Of a DNA stretch of 64,000 bases, positions 28,416 through 37,425 are shown in pieces. The number at the start of each line of letters is the position of its first letter. Position 1 is the stretch's first letter. Location: positions 6,371-70,370 of IMG/VR virus record IMGVR_UViG_3300008266_000038; one strand, given 5' to 3'. Origin of the DNA: a virus. The notes beneath the pieces were generated by a model. It ran no database searches, was not told the DNA's origin, and saw only the letters and a list, made by a program, of their open reading frames with translations. A program made the position numbers and the translations under genes.

Positions 28416-28485
28416 TATACAAATATACACCAAATATTTAATTTTCAAATATGTATAGAAAAATAATATGAAATTAACAAGTACT

Positions 28486-28505
28486 ATAAATTTTTTCTAT
28501 CTTTG
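28486..28505 (+). promoter_or_regulatory. portal promoter with ATAAA-N5-TCTAT box
   Basis: TATCTTTG at 28498-28505. Confidence 0.65.
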
Positions 28506-28525
28506 TTTTAAAATTCACGTTTACT

Positions 28526-30961
28526 ATGACTAATAACGATAATAGCTTTAAAATAAAAGGGGATGTTGGTTTTCCGAATCCTATGGAAAGTTTTGAGATA
28601 AAGAAAACACATGATTGGGGATTAACTCTTGCAAGAGCTATTCAATCAGAACAATTCTATAATCATTTTGGTTCAAGTTGTAGATACTTTACGCAACGTG
28701 ATAAATTTCTTGAAAGAAGAATGTACGCTCGTGGTTTACAATCAATGACTAAATACCATGAATCTCTTGGGACAAATGGTGATTTATCATTCTTGAATTT
28801 GAGTAAAAAGCCTATTACTATTATTCCAAAATTAGTTGACATCGTAGTAAACGGAATGGTAAATAGAGGTTATCAAATCAAAGCAACTGCAATTGACCAA
28901 ATCTCTCAAGAAGCAAAAGAACAATACAGAAAGCAAATTGAAGACGATAGATTCGGAAGAGATATTGCTATTAAAATAAAAGAAGAACTTGGTGCTGAAG
29001 TAACTAATATGCCACTTGACCAAATTCCTGAAACAGACCAAGAAATGCAATTGCATTTACAATTAGAATACAAACCTTCTTATGAGATTTCGCAAGAACT
29101 TGCAATAACTGATGTTTTACAAGATAATGATTACGAAGCTATTGTAAACAGACAAGTAATTAGAGATTTAGTAGAACTTGGAGTAGCTTGTGTGAAAACA
29201 AGATTTGAACCAGGAAGAGGGATTCTTACGGAGTATGTGAATATGGAAAATAAACTTAATTCATATACAGAAGACCCTTACTTTAGAGATTGTTTTTATC
29301 ATGGTGAGATTAAACGCGTTTTAATTAGTGAAATTTTAACTGACTTTCCATTTCTTAACGACCCTGAAAACGAACATTTAAAAGAGCAATTAATTCATTC
29401 TGGAACTGCTTGGGACACGTATTACAATATTCCACAAAACGAAAGAATTAAAGGTACAGCAACTTTGATGTACTTTACATACAGAACTACTCGTGAGCGT
29501 TTCAAAAAAATCAAAGAAAGAGCCACAGGTGAAAGATTAGTTTCTGATGCCGACCCATATTTCGATGCTACCAAAGTAAAGAAAAACGACTACAAAAGAG
29601 TATCAAAAGTAGAAGAGATTTTATTTGAAGGAGTTTTTGTTCCTGGAACTGATTTACTTTTACGTTGGGAAGTTGCTGAAAATATGGCAAGACCAAAATC
29701 AAATAAACAAAAAGTTTGTGATCAATACATTATGATTGCTCCAAACAAAGATAAAATGTTTATTGATTCATTGGTTGCAAGAATGATGTCTATTGATGAC
29801 TTAATTCAAATTACGGAATTAAAAGCACAGCAAATGATTCAAAGAATGATGCCTGATGGTTATTTCATTGATGAAGATGCTTTAGCTGAAGTTGATTTAG
29901 GAGAAGGAAACGTATTGAAACCACAAGGACTTTTAGATATGTTCTTTCAAACAGGTTCGATTGTTGGTAGAAGTTTAGGAGCAGGTGGTGAATACAATTA
30001 CGCTAAAATTCCAATTACTGAATTAAAGACTGCCGGAAACTTGCAAAAACTCCAAGCATTAAGAGCAGAAAGAGATTCTTATCGTAATGACCAATTAGAA
30101 GTTATTGGATTTAATAAAGCGAGTGCAGCATCTACACCTGACAAAGATTCATTAGTAGGATTGCAAAAATTAGCTTCATTAAACTCTAATATCGCTACAA
30201 GACACATTTTAGATAGTTCTTTACTTATTTGCAAAAGAGTTTCTGAAAACATCACATATCATTTAGGAGATATTTTCATGTATCATCCAAATCTTAAAAA
30301 AGATTTAGAACGTAGAATTGGTAAAACTGCTGTTGAGAATTTAACTTCAATGAAAGATTCTCATTTACGAGATTTTGCTATTTACTTAGACTTAGAGCTT
30401 GATGAAGAAGAAAGAGCTAAATTAGAAGCGGATATGTCTATGGCTATTGAAAAAGGATATTTAGCACTTCAAGACAAATACAAAATTTTAAATGTTCGAA
30501 ACTTTAAACAAGCAGTTGCATATATGAGTGTTTTAATGGAGAAACATTCTAAGAAAATGCAAGAACAAGAAGCTCAGAAATTTAAGATTCAGGCTGATGA
30601 GAATATTAGAGCAAGTCAAACTGCTGAACAATTCAAGCAACAAACTATTCAAATGGAAGCTCAGGCTGATGCTCAAAAACAACAAATGATTTCTCAAACT
30701 GAAATTGCTAAAGAGCAAATTAGAGGTGAAGAAACAAGAAAATCCCTTGAAGTTGAATACGCTTACAAAAAGGATTTACAATATGTAATTAATGAAGGTC
30801 AAGTTCAAAAACAACAAGATGCTGAGGATAGAAAAGATGCTAGAGAAGATATGAGATATACAAATCAAAGCAAAGAGAATTATCGAAAAGAAGTTGGTGG
30901 CGAACCAATAGATTTTGAGCAAGATGAATTAGAATTAGAAGATTTTAACCTTAATAACTAA
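28526..30961 (+). CDS. portal protein
   Basis: 811 aa after terminase; IIPKLVDIVVNG, FFQTGS; C-terminal Q/E coiled coil. Confidence 0.8.
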   Translation: MTNNDNSFKIKGDVGFPNPMESFEIKKTHDWGLTLARAIQSEQFYNHFGSSCRYFTQRDKFLERRMYARGLQSMTKYHESLGTNGDLSFLNLSKKPITIIPKLVDIVVNGMVNRGYQIKATAIDQISQEAKEQYRKQIEDDRFGRDIAIKIKEELGAEVTNMPLDQIPETDQEMQLHLQLEYKPSYEISQELAITDVLQDNDYEAIVNRQVIRDLVELGVACVKTRFEPGRGILTEYVNMENKLNSYTEDPYFRDCFYHGEIKRVLISEILTDFPFLNDPENEHLKEQLIHSGTAWDTYYNIPQNERIKGTATLMYFTYRTTRERFKKIKERATGERLVSDADPYFDATKVKKNDYKRVSKVEEILFEGVFVPGTDLLLRWEVAENMARPKSNKQKVCDQYIMIAPNKDKMFIDSLVARMMSIDDLIQITELKAQQMIQRMMPDGYFIDEDALAEVDLGEGNVLKPQGLLDMFFQTGSIVGRSLGAGGEYNYAKIPITELKTAGNLQKLQALRAERDSYRNDQLEVIGFNKASAASTPDKDSLVGLQKLASLNSNIATRHILDSSLLICKRVSENITYHLGDIFMYHPNLKKDLERRIGKTAVENLTSMKDSHLRDFAIYLDLELDEEERAKLEADMSMAIEKGYLALQDKYKILNVRNFKQAVAYMSVLMEKHSKKMQEQEAQKFKIQADENIRASQTAEQFKQQTIQMEAQADAQKQQMISQTEIAKEQIRGEETRKSLEVEYAYKKDLQYVINEGQVQKQQDAEDRKDAREDMRYTNQSKENYRKEVGGEPIDFEQDELELEDFNLNN

Positions 30962-30967
30962 GAAATA

Positions 30968-31519
30968 ATGGAACAACCTAAAAAAGAAAAAAAGAAAGTT
31001 ACTGTTAAAAAAGTAGGAACAGGAAGCCTTAATGGTGATTATGTGCCTGATTTAACAGATAGAGAAATGACTGCTAAAAATAATATTAGAAAAAACAGTC
31101 AAAGTAAAACCGGTAATAAAGCTATTGAAGAAATTCATGGGATTAAGAAGAATGAAGATGAAACTTATTCTCAAAAAGAATATGAAAATAAATATATTCC
31201 AGGAAACAGATCAAAAGGAGAAGCTCCAAAAGTGGTAAATAAAAACACAGGAAAAGTAGTTGCTACTCCAAAAAATAGAGATGATGTTGCTTTTAGAAAG
31301 CAATTTGTTTCAGATAGCACAAGAACAACCCAAGTTAGAGTAAATAATGCTGATTTCTACAATAATAGAATACATGGCACTGATAATGCAGCTAAAAAGA
31401 GAAGAGATGCTCAAGCTACAGCAAGTGAGAATCAAAAATTCGAAGAAGCTGATAAAAAAGTAATCAAAGAAGCTAATTTAACAACACAAGCTAATAGAAA
31501 AAAAACAAGACCTCAATAG
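30968..31519 (+). CDS. hypothetical basic protein
   Basis: K/N-rich ORF after portal. Confidence 0.7.
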   Translation: MEQPKKEKKKVTVKKVGTGSLNGDYVPDLTDREMTAKNNIRKNSQSKTGNKAIEEIHGIKKNEDETYSQKEYENKYIPGNRSKGEAPKVVNKNTGKVVATPKNRDDVAFRKQFVSDSTRTTQVRVNNADFYNNRIHGTDNAAKKRRDAQATASENQKFEEADKKVIKEANLTTQANRKKTRPQ

Positions 31520-31534
31520 ATGTTTTGTAAACAT

Positions 31535-31562
31535 AAAAAAGGAGGTTAATACCTCCTTTTTT
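31535..31562. terminator. bidirectional intrinsic terminator
   Basis: AAAAAAGGAGGT-TAAT-ACCTCCTTTTTT. Confidence 0.85.
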
Positions 31563-31563
31563 A

Positions 31564-31932
31564 TTAAAACGCATTTGTGTATGAAATCCTTTCTTTTTTA
31601 TTTGATTCTAAATAAAGAAACATCCATTGATTCGCAGAACTTGATGATATGTCGCAAACAAATACATATTTTTTGTCATCTTTTAATAATTTAAAAACAA
31701 CCAAATCTTCGATTTCTTTTTTTTCTATAATTTTATACTTTCTAACATCTGTAATAATATCAATAACCAATAAATCAGCATCTACATATATTTTAGACCC
31801 TTTTAATGTAACGAATGATGAAAACTCATTTGTTTCTTTGTTGACATAGCACTCAGACATAGGTTTGTCGAATAATACTTGAGAAGAGCAGAATAACGGA
31901 AGTAACAATAAGATTAAAATTAGCTTTTTCAT
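31564..31932 (-). CDS. secreted moron protein
   Basis: Signal peptide MKKLILILLLLPLFCSS|Q; antisense orientation inside head module. Confidence 0.7.
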   Translation of the reverse strand: MKKLILILLLLPLFCSSQVLFDKPMSECYVNKETNEFSSFVTLKGSKIYVDADLLVIDIITDVRKYKIIEKKEIEDLVVFKLLKDDKKYVFVCDISSSSANQWMFLYLESNKKERISYTNAF

Positions 31933-32028
31933 AATGTTTAGTTTTAGATTGTTAATGTTTTGTAAAACTAAAAATAATTTTTGTATTTACAACAAGTATA
32001 AAAAAATAGTATCAAAATACACATTGTA

Positions 32029-32048
32029 ATAGATTTTTTCTATCTTTG
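32029..32048 (+). promoter_or_regulatory. scaffold/capsid promoter with ATAGA-N5-TCTAT palindrome
   Basis: TATCTTTG at 32041-32048. Confidence 0.7.
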
Positions 32049-32077
32049 CTATATAAAATCAATTAAATTCAAAAATA

Positions 32078-33193
32078 ATGGTAATAGAAGATTCAAATTT
32101 AGAGGAAAATCTAAATAACGAAGAGCAAGAAGTTCAAGATTTTAACATTGAATTTCCAAACGAAGAAGAGTCGAATGGAAACTTTGAGAATTTTTGGAAT
32201 CCTGTTATAGAAACCAAAGAAGAAGTTGAAGAAACAGAAACGGAGGAAGAAGAACAAGAAACTCAACAAGAAGAAGAGTCTGAGGATGAAGAAGATGAAA
32301 TTCAAGACCTTGACGAGAATTTAGCCTTTGAGTTTATTAAAAAAACAAGAGGTTTAGATGTTGAAAGTATTGATGATTTATTAAAACCTAAAGAATCAAA
32401 AAAACTTTCACCTGAAGTAGAGAAGTTCTTAGAATTTACTGAAAAAACAGGAAACACTAATTACAATGATTTCTTAGCTACTCAAAAAGATTGGAGTACT
32501 GAAGGAAAAGATGTTGTAATTAAAGAATTTTTAAAAATCGAAAATCCAACGCTTTCAGATAAGCAAATAGATTTTCTTTATAATAAAAACTACGCTTTTG
32601 ATGAAGATATTGATGACGAAGATGTTGTCATGGAAAAATCAATAAACGTAGAACGTGATTTTCAAAAAGGAGTCAAAGTTTTAGATGCTCGTAAAGAGGA
32701 ATTTATGGTTCGCAAGGGTCTTGATGAAACAATCCCTGAAGAGTATCGAAATGCTAAGACAGAATTTGAGAAGATTCAACAACGAGAACAAGAAGTTGAC
32801 AAGTTGATTGCAGAAAACAGAAATGATTTCATAGCTAAAACAGAATCGGTATTTAATGAAAAGTTTGAAGGTTTCAAATTTAAAATTGGGGAAGATGAAT
32901 TGGTTATTAAGCCAGAAAACATTAAAGAAGCTGTTAAATCGCAATCTGATTTGAATAACTTCAACAATAAGTACTTTGACGAAACTACAGGAAAGTTAAA
33001 AGATCCTGAAGGCTTTCACAAAGCTTTATACTTCGGTATGAACGCTGAAAAAGTTGCTGAACATTTCTATAATTTAGGAAAAGCAAAATTAGCCGAAGAG
33101 GAAGATAAACTTTCAAAAAATATTACTCCAGACTCAGGTAAAAAAATACCTACTATGGGAGGTGGTAAAATCACAGTACGAGTTGTTAAATAA
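32078..33193 (+). CDS. putative capsid scaffolding protein
   Basis: Very acidic and helical; between portal and capsid. Confidence 0.6.
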   Translation: MVIEDSNLEENLNNEEQEVQDFNIEFPNEEESNGNFENFWNPVIETKEEVEETETEEEEQETQQEEESEDEEDEIQDLDENLAFEFIKKTRGLDVESIDDLLKPKESKKLSPEVEKFLEFTEKTGNTNYNDFLATQKDWSTEGKDVVIKEFLKIENPTLSDKQIDFLYNKNYAFDEDIDDEDVVMEKSINVERDFQKGVKVLDARKEEFMVRKGLDETIPEEYRNAKTEFEKIQQREQEVDKLIAENRNDFIAKTESVFNEKFEGFKFKIGEDELVIKPENIKEAVKSQSDLNNFNNKYFDETTGKLKDPEGFHKALYFGMNAEKVAEHFYNLGKAKLAEEEDKLSKNITPDSGKKIPTMGGGKITVRVVK

Positions 33194-33250
33194 GTTCTTG
33201 TTGTAAATTAGGGTATAAAAACTAAAACACAACAACAAAAAAGAAAAACA

Positions 33251-34585
33251 ATGAGTTTATTAAACAGTCCAGGGATTATTTTAACTCCCTCAGCAAGCAA
33301 AGTCCCAACAGGGCAAAACTACTTAGGTAGTGATGATTTCGATTTCGCAAATCAGTATTTACCAGAAACAGAGAAAAAAATCTACAATAGATTTGGATCT
33401 CAAGATGTTACTGGAATGTTAAAATTGTTAGGAAAAGAGAAATCTTTCGCATCTGACAAATTATTTTGGAAAGAAGAAGCTCGTTTACGTCAATTAAGCG
33501 AAGGTGTTACTCGTTCTTCTAACGTATTCACAACTACTGACAACCATAATTATCGTGTTAACGAAACTATTGTAGTTCGTAACTTAGATGGTTCTGCTGT
33601 TAGACAAGGTAAAATTACTGCTGTAACTGATACAACTTTTACTGCTTTATGTGGTCATGCATCAGGTTGGACTGCAATTGGTACTGCTGACATCGTAGTA
33701 TTTGTTGATTCTAATGAATTTGGAAAAGATACTAATGGATTCACAGAATCTTTAGATTCTAAATTTGAATCATTTGAGCAATCTCCTGTAATCATTAAAG
33801 AAATGGTTAAAGAATCAGGTTCAAATTTAGCTCAAATTACTTGGTTAGAAGTTAGTAACGAAGCAGGTCAAACAGGATATGTATGGTACTTCAGAAATTT
33901 TGCTGATACTGAAAAACGTTTCTTAAACGCTATGGAATCTAAATTAATTAGAGGTCGTAGATGGGCGGGTGATTTATTAGCTGCAGGAAATGAAGGTACT
34001 GAAGGTTTGTTTGAAATCGCTGAACAAGGAAACGTATTTGCAGGTCAAATTTCTGACTTAAATGATGTTGACGAATTATGTGAAAGAATGGATGCTCAAG
34101 GCGGTATTTCTAATAACTATTTATACGGAACTACTTCTTTCAATGCAGCAATCGATGATTTCTTACAAGCAGAAAACGTAACAGGTTTATCTTGGGGTGC
34201 TTTTGACAACAACGAGAAAATGGCTTTAAACTTAGAATTTAAAGGATTCCAACGTTCAGGTTATGAGTTTTCTAAATCAAGATGGAGATATTTAACTGAG
34301 CCAACAAGTGAAGGTTCTATGGTAGGGGCTTCTAAAATTCACGCTGTTATGATTCCTTCTGGATCTAAAACTTTACGTGACCAAGTTAACGGAGGCACTA
34401 CAACTGAACCAATGTTACAAGTTCGCTACAGAGCTTATGGAAAAGAAAATCGTAAGATGAAAATGGCAGTAAGAAGTTTTGAGCAAGGAACTACTGGAGG
34501 TCAAGATAGAGTTGTAACAGACTGGTTAACAGAAAGAATGTTACAAGGCTGCGCTCGTAATCAGTTTGCAATTTTCAAAGGATAG
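33251..34585 (+). CDS. major capsid protein
   Basis: 444 aa with biased codon use; QYLPE...RFG, GTEGLF, F.RSGY.F motifs; followed by terminator. Confidence 0.8.
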   Translation: MSLLNSPGIILTPSASKVPTGQNYLGSDDFDFANQYLPETEKKIYNRFGSQDVTGMLKLLGKEKSFASDKLFWKEEARLRQLSEGVTRSSNVFTTTDNHNYRVNETIVVRNLDGSAVRQGKITAVTDTTFTALCGHASGWTAIGTADIVVFVDSNEFGKDTNGFTESLDSKFESFEQSPVIIKEMVKESGSNLAQITWLEVSNEAGQTGYVWYFRNFADTEKRFLNAMESKLIRGRRWAGDLLAAGNEGTEGLFEIAEQGNVFAGQISDLNDVDELCERMDAQGGISNNYLYGTTSFNAAIDDFLQAENVTGLSWGAFDNNEKMALNLEFKGFQRSGYEFSKSRWRYLTEPTSEGSMVGASKIHAVMIPSGSKTLRDQVNGGTTTEPMLQVRYRAYGKENRKMKMAVRSFEQGTTGGQDRVVTDWLTERMLQGCARNQFAIFKG

Positions 34586-34604
34586 GCAATTTATTACAAA
34601 AATT

Positions 34605-34632
34605 AAAACCACTCTTTATGGGTGGTTTTTTT
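34605..34632 (+). terminator. intrinsic terminator after capsid gene
   Basis: AAAACCAC...GTGGTTTT plus T-tract. Confidence 0.8.
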
Positions 34633-34649
34633 ATGCTTTAAAACAAACA

Positions 34650-34671
34650 ATAGATTTTTTTTATATCTTTG
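34650..34671 (+). promoter_or_regulatory. late promoter with ATAGA-N5-TTTAT box
   Basis: TATCTTTG at 34664-34671. Confidence 0.65.
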
Positions 34672-34697
34672 TTCTTTAATCAATTAAATTTACAAAC

Positions 34698-35702
34698 ATG
34701 GCTTTAATTAAGAAAGACACACCTGCAAAAGAAGAGGTGAAGACAGAAGATGTTGCATCCGAAAATGCAATACAAGAAAAAGTAGAAACTCAAAAAACTA
34801 CTATTACATTAACTCCTGAAGAATTGGATGCTTATTTAGAAAAAAAGCTTCAAGATAAAATGCAAAATCTTCAAGTTACACAATCACCAAAAGTTGAAGA
34901 ATCAAAAAAAGAAAAAGAACCGATCAAAAAAATCGTAAACACAGACAATATTCCAGAGTTAGACAACTTTGAGTACAAGTCAAGAAGATACGAGATTATT
35001 TCAGGTACAAAAGCCCATTCTTACGGAATTAGAAACAGAAGTAATTCAACTTCACGTTTGCAGTACATTCACCCTGAAACGAAGCAACCATTTTCTTTGA
35101 GATTAACGTCTAATCAACCATCGTTTTTTGAGGAAAATCAACCAAAAGAAAAAGGAAGTTGCAGAATTAGATACATTAACTTCAAAGATGGAAAACTATT
35201 TGTTCCTGCAAGTGATGTGATGTTGCAGCAGTTCTTACATATTCACCCTGACAATGGAATTGTTTTCAGAGAAATTGATGAGCAAAAAGAAGCAGCAAAA
35301 GAAATTGAAATCATGGATTTACGTTTCAAAGCACAATCATTGGTTAGAAATTTAGATATTGCAAAACAAGTTGCTGTAGCTAGAATTTTATGTGATGATT
35401 ATCTTGATACTTGGACTCCAGGAGTAATGAGAATGAATTTGTATGCTAAAGTTGAAGCATCGGCAAAACCATTAGATATTATTAATCTTTGTGAGAATGA
35501 GGATTTATTAATTGAAAGTTTAGCTAAAACTGCAAAAGCTAGAGGTTTCTTGAATTACGCTAATTATCGTTTCACAGATGAACGAGGTCAGTTAATTCTT
35601 GAAGTAGGAAGAAATGACAACGAGTGGAAAGCAATTACTAGATATTTGTTATCAAATGAAGGTAATGATTTGAGAAACCACTTGGAAGACAAAATGTTTT
35701 AA
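34698..35702 (+). CDS. hypothetical protein (post-capsid)
   Basis: NQPSFFEENQ...FKDGKLFVP...FLHIHPDNG; own promoter and terminator. Confidence 0.75.
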   Translation: MALIKKDTPAKEEVKTEDVASENAIQEKVETQKTTITLTPEELDAYLEKKLQDKMQNLQVTQSPKVEESKKEKEPIKKIVNTDNIPELDNFEYKSRRYEIISGTKAHSYGIRNRSNSTSRLQYIHPETKQPFSLRLTSNQPSFFEENQPKEKGSCRIRYINFKDGKLFVPASDVMLQQFLHIHPDNGIVFREIDEQKEAAKEIEIMDLRFKAQSLVRNLDIAKQVAVARILCDDYLDTWTPGVMRMNLYAKVEASAKPLDIINLCENEDLLIESLAKTAKARGFLNYANYRFTDERGQLILEVGRNDNEWKAITRYLLSNEGNDLRNHLEDKMF

Positions 35703-35720
35703 TAGTTTTTAAATCAATAT

Positions 35721-35749
35721 AAAGCATCTCATAACGAGGTGCTTTTTTT
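35721..35749 (+). terminator. intrinsic terminator
   Basis: AAAGCATCTC-ATAAC-GAGGTGCTTTTTTT. Confidence 0.75.
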
Positions 35750-35798
35750 ATTATATTGTATTTTAAAAATTCATATCTTTGTTTTAAAATAATTGTAC

Positions 35799-36521
35799 AT
35801 GATACCTATCAACAATGTAAGAAACGTGGTTATGTTCTTATTGAACAAGAATAACTACGGATATATCTCTCCTGAAGAGTTTAATACCTACTGCAATTTA
35901 GCACAATTAGATATGTTTGAGAATTTGTTTTTTCAATATAATCAATGGCTTGCTAAACAAAATAGACGTATGACAGAAACGGAATACGCAAATATTCCTA
36001 AAAACATTCGTGAGCAAATTGATATGTTTGCTACTTATACTACAGAATCAAATTTCACATACGATGAAGATGATAATTTATGGTCTTATACAGGAAGTGA
36101 TTTGTATAGAGTAGAAAACATTTCATTGGTAAATGCTCAAGGTAAAAAAATCGATATTGAAGAGGTAAACAAATCTGAATTGAATAGGCTTAAAAATAGT
36201 AATTTGATTAGTTTGACTTATCCGGCTTATGAGAAAATCGGTGAAAGTTTTCGTGTTCACCCTACATTAGATGAAGATTATTACCCTGAACTATTCTTTT
36301 TAAGAACACCAAAAGCTCCAAAATGGACTTATGTAAATGTAAGTGGTAATCCGGTTTATAATGCTTCGGCTACCGACAAACAAGATATTGAATTACATAT
36401 TAGTCAATATGCGCCATTTGTAATGAAAGTTTTATCATATACTGGATTAGCAGTTCGCGAAGAACAGGTAGAAGCAGCAACAAACAACGAAGAAGTAAAA
36501 ATCGCTCAAAAACAGAGCTAA
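35799..36521 (+). CDS. head-tail adaptor/ring structural protein
   Basis: NKNNYGYISPEEFN...AQL; promoter TATCTTTG at 35774-35781; likely ATG at 35799. Confidence 0.55.
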   Translation: MIPINNVRNVVMFLLNKNNYGYISPEEFNTYCNLAQLDMFENLFFQYNQWLAKQNRRMTETEYANIPKNIREQIDMFATYTTESNFTYDEDDNLWSYTGSDLYRVENISLVNAQGKKIDIEEVNKSELNRLKNSNLISLTYPAYEKIGESFRVHPTLDEDYYPELFFLRTPKAPKWTYVNVSGNPVYNASATDKQDIELHISQYAPFVMKVLSYTGLAVREEQVEAATNNEEVKIAQKQS

Positions 36522-36531
36522 AATATAAGAT

Positions 36532-37419
36532 ATGAGCAGTCAAAATCCTCAGATTTACTATGAAAATGAAGAGAATCATGGTAATTACGTTTATATCTCT
36601 TTAGAAGATATTGTAAATAACTTTTGGCAAAACCAAACAGGTGATGGAACTGTTTTAGGACCTACTAAAAGACATCAAATTTTGTATTGGGCTAAAAAAG
36701 GTTTGCAACAATTTAACTTTGATGTTTTAAAAGAAGTCAAAGCAGTTGAATTAGAACTTAATGAAACTCTCGATATTATTCTACCACCTGATTATGTTTC
36801 TTACGTTAGAATTTCTTGGGTAAATCCAGAAACAGGAGATTTGATGCCAATGAGCAAAAACACAAAATTACCTTTAGCTACCGCTTATTTACAAGATAAC
36901 GATGCTAATATTCTTTTTGATAATGAAGGTAATATTTTAGAAGGAAGTACGTTTTTTGCAGAAAAGCAAGATAACAAACCAAATTCTATCAATGTTTTAC
37001 CTTGTGCTACTTCTTGTAATGGATGCGGACACTATGAAGGAGGAGTTTGTGGATTAGGTATGTATTCTTTAGACACTACTCGAAACAATAACGGATATTT
37101 TAATATAGATACACGAAAAGGGAAAATTCATTTCAGTTCAGAAAATTTAACAAGGGTAATTATGTTAGAATATATTTCTGATGGATTAGAATATTCGGAA
37201 GAAAACGACATCAAAGTAAATAAAATGGCTGAGATGGCTTTATATGCTTGGATTAATTGGAATATTACAAGTAATAAACTAAACGTTCAGGAATACATTG
37301 TTAGAAGAGCTAAAAAAGACTATGATACCGCATTAAGAAATGCTAAAATCAAACTTATGGATTTAAGATTACATGAGTTGGCTTTCAATATCAATGGTGT
37401 TAAAAAATGGTTTAAATAA
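36532..37419 (+). CDS. tail ring/structural protein
   Basis: LPPDYVSYVRIS...LEYISDG; position in tail module. Confidence 0.55.
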   Translation: MSSQNPQIYYENEENHGNYVYISLEDIVNNFWQNQTGDGTVLGPTKRHQILYWAKKGLQQFNFDVLKEVKAVELELNETLDIILPPDYVSYVRISWVNPETGDLMPMSKNTKLPLATAYLQDNDANILFDNEGNILEGSTFFAEKQDNKPNSINVLPCATSCNGCGHYEGGVCGLGMYSLDTTRNNNGYFNIDTRKGKIHFSSENLTRVIMLEYISDGLEYSEENDIKVNKMAEMALYAWINWNITSNKLNVQEYIVRRAKKDYDTALRNAKIKLMDLRLHELAFNINGVKKWFK

Positions 37420-37425
37420 TTAGAT

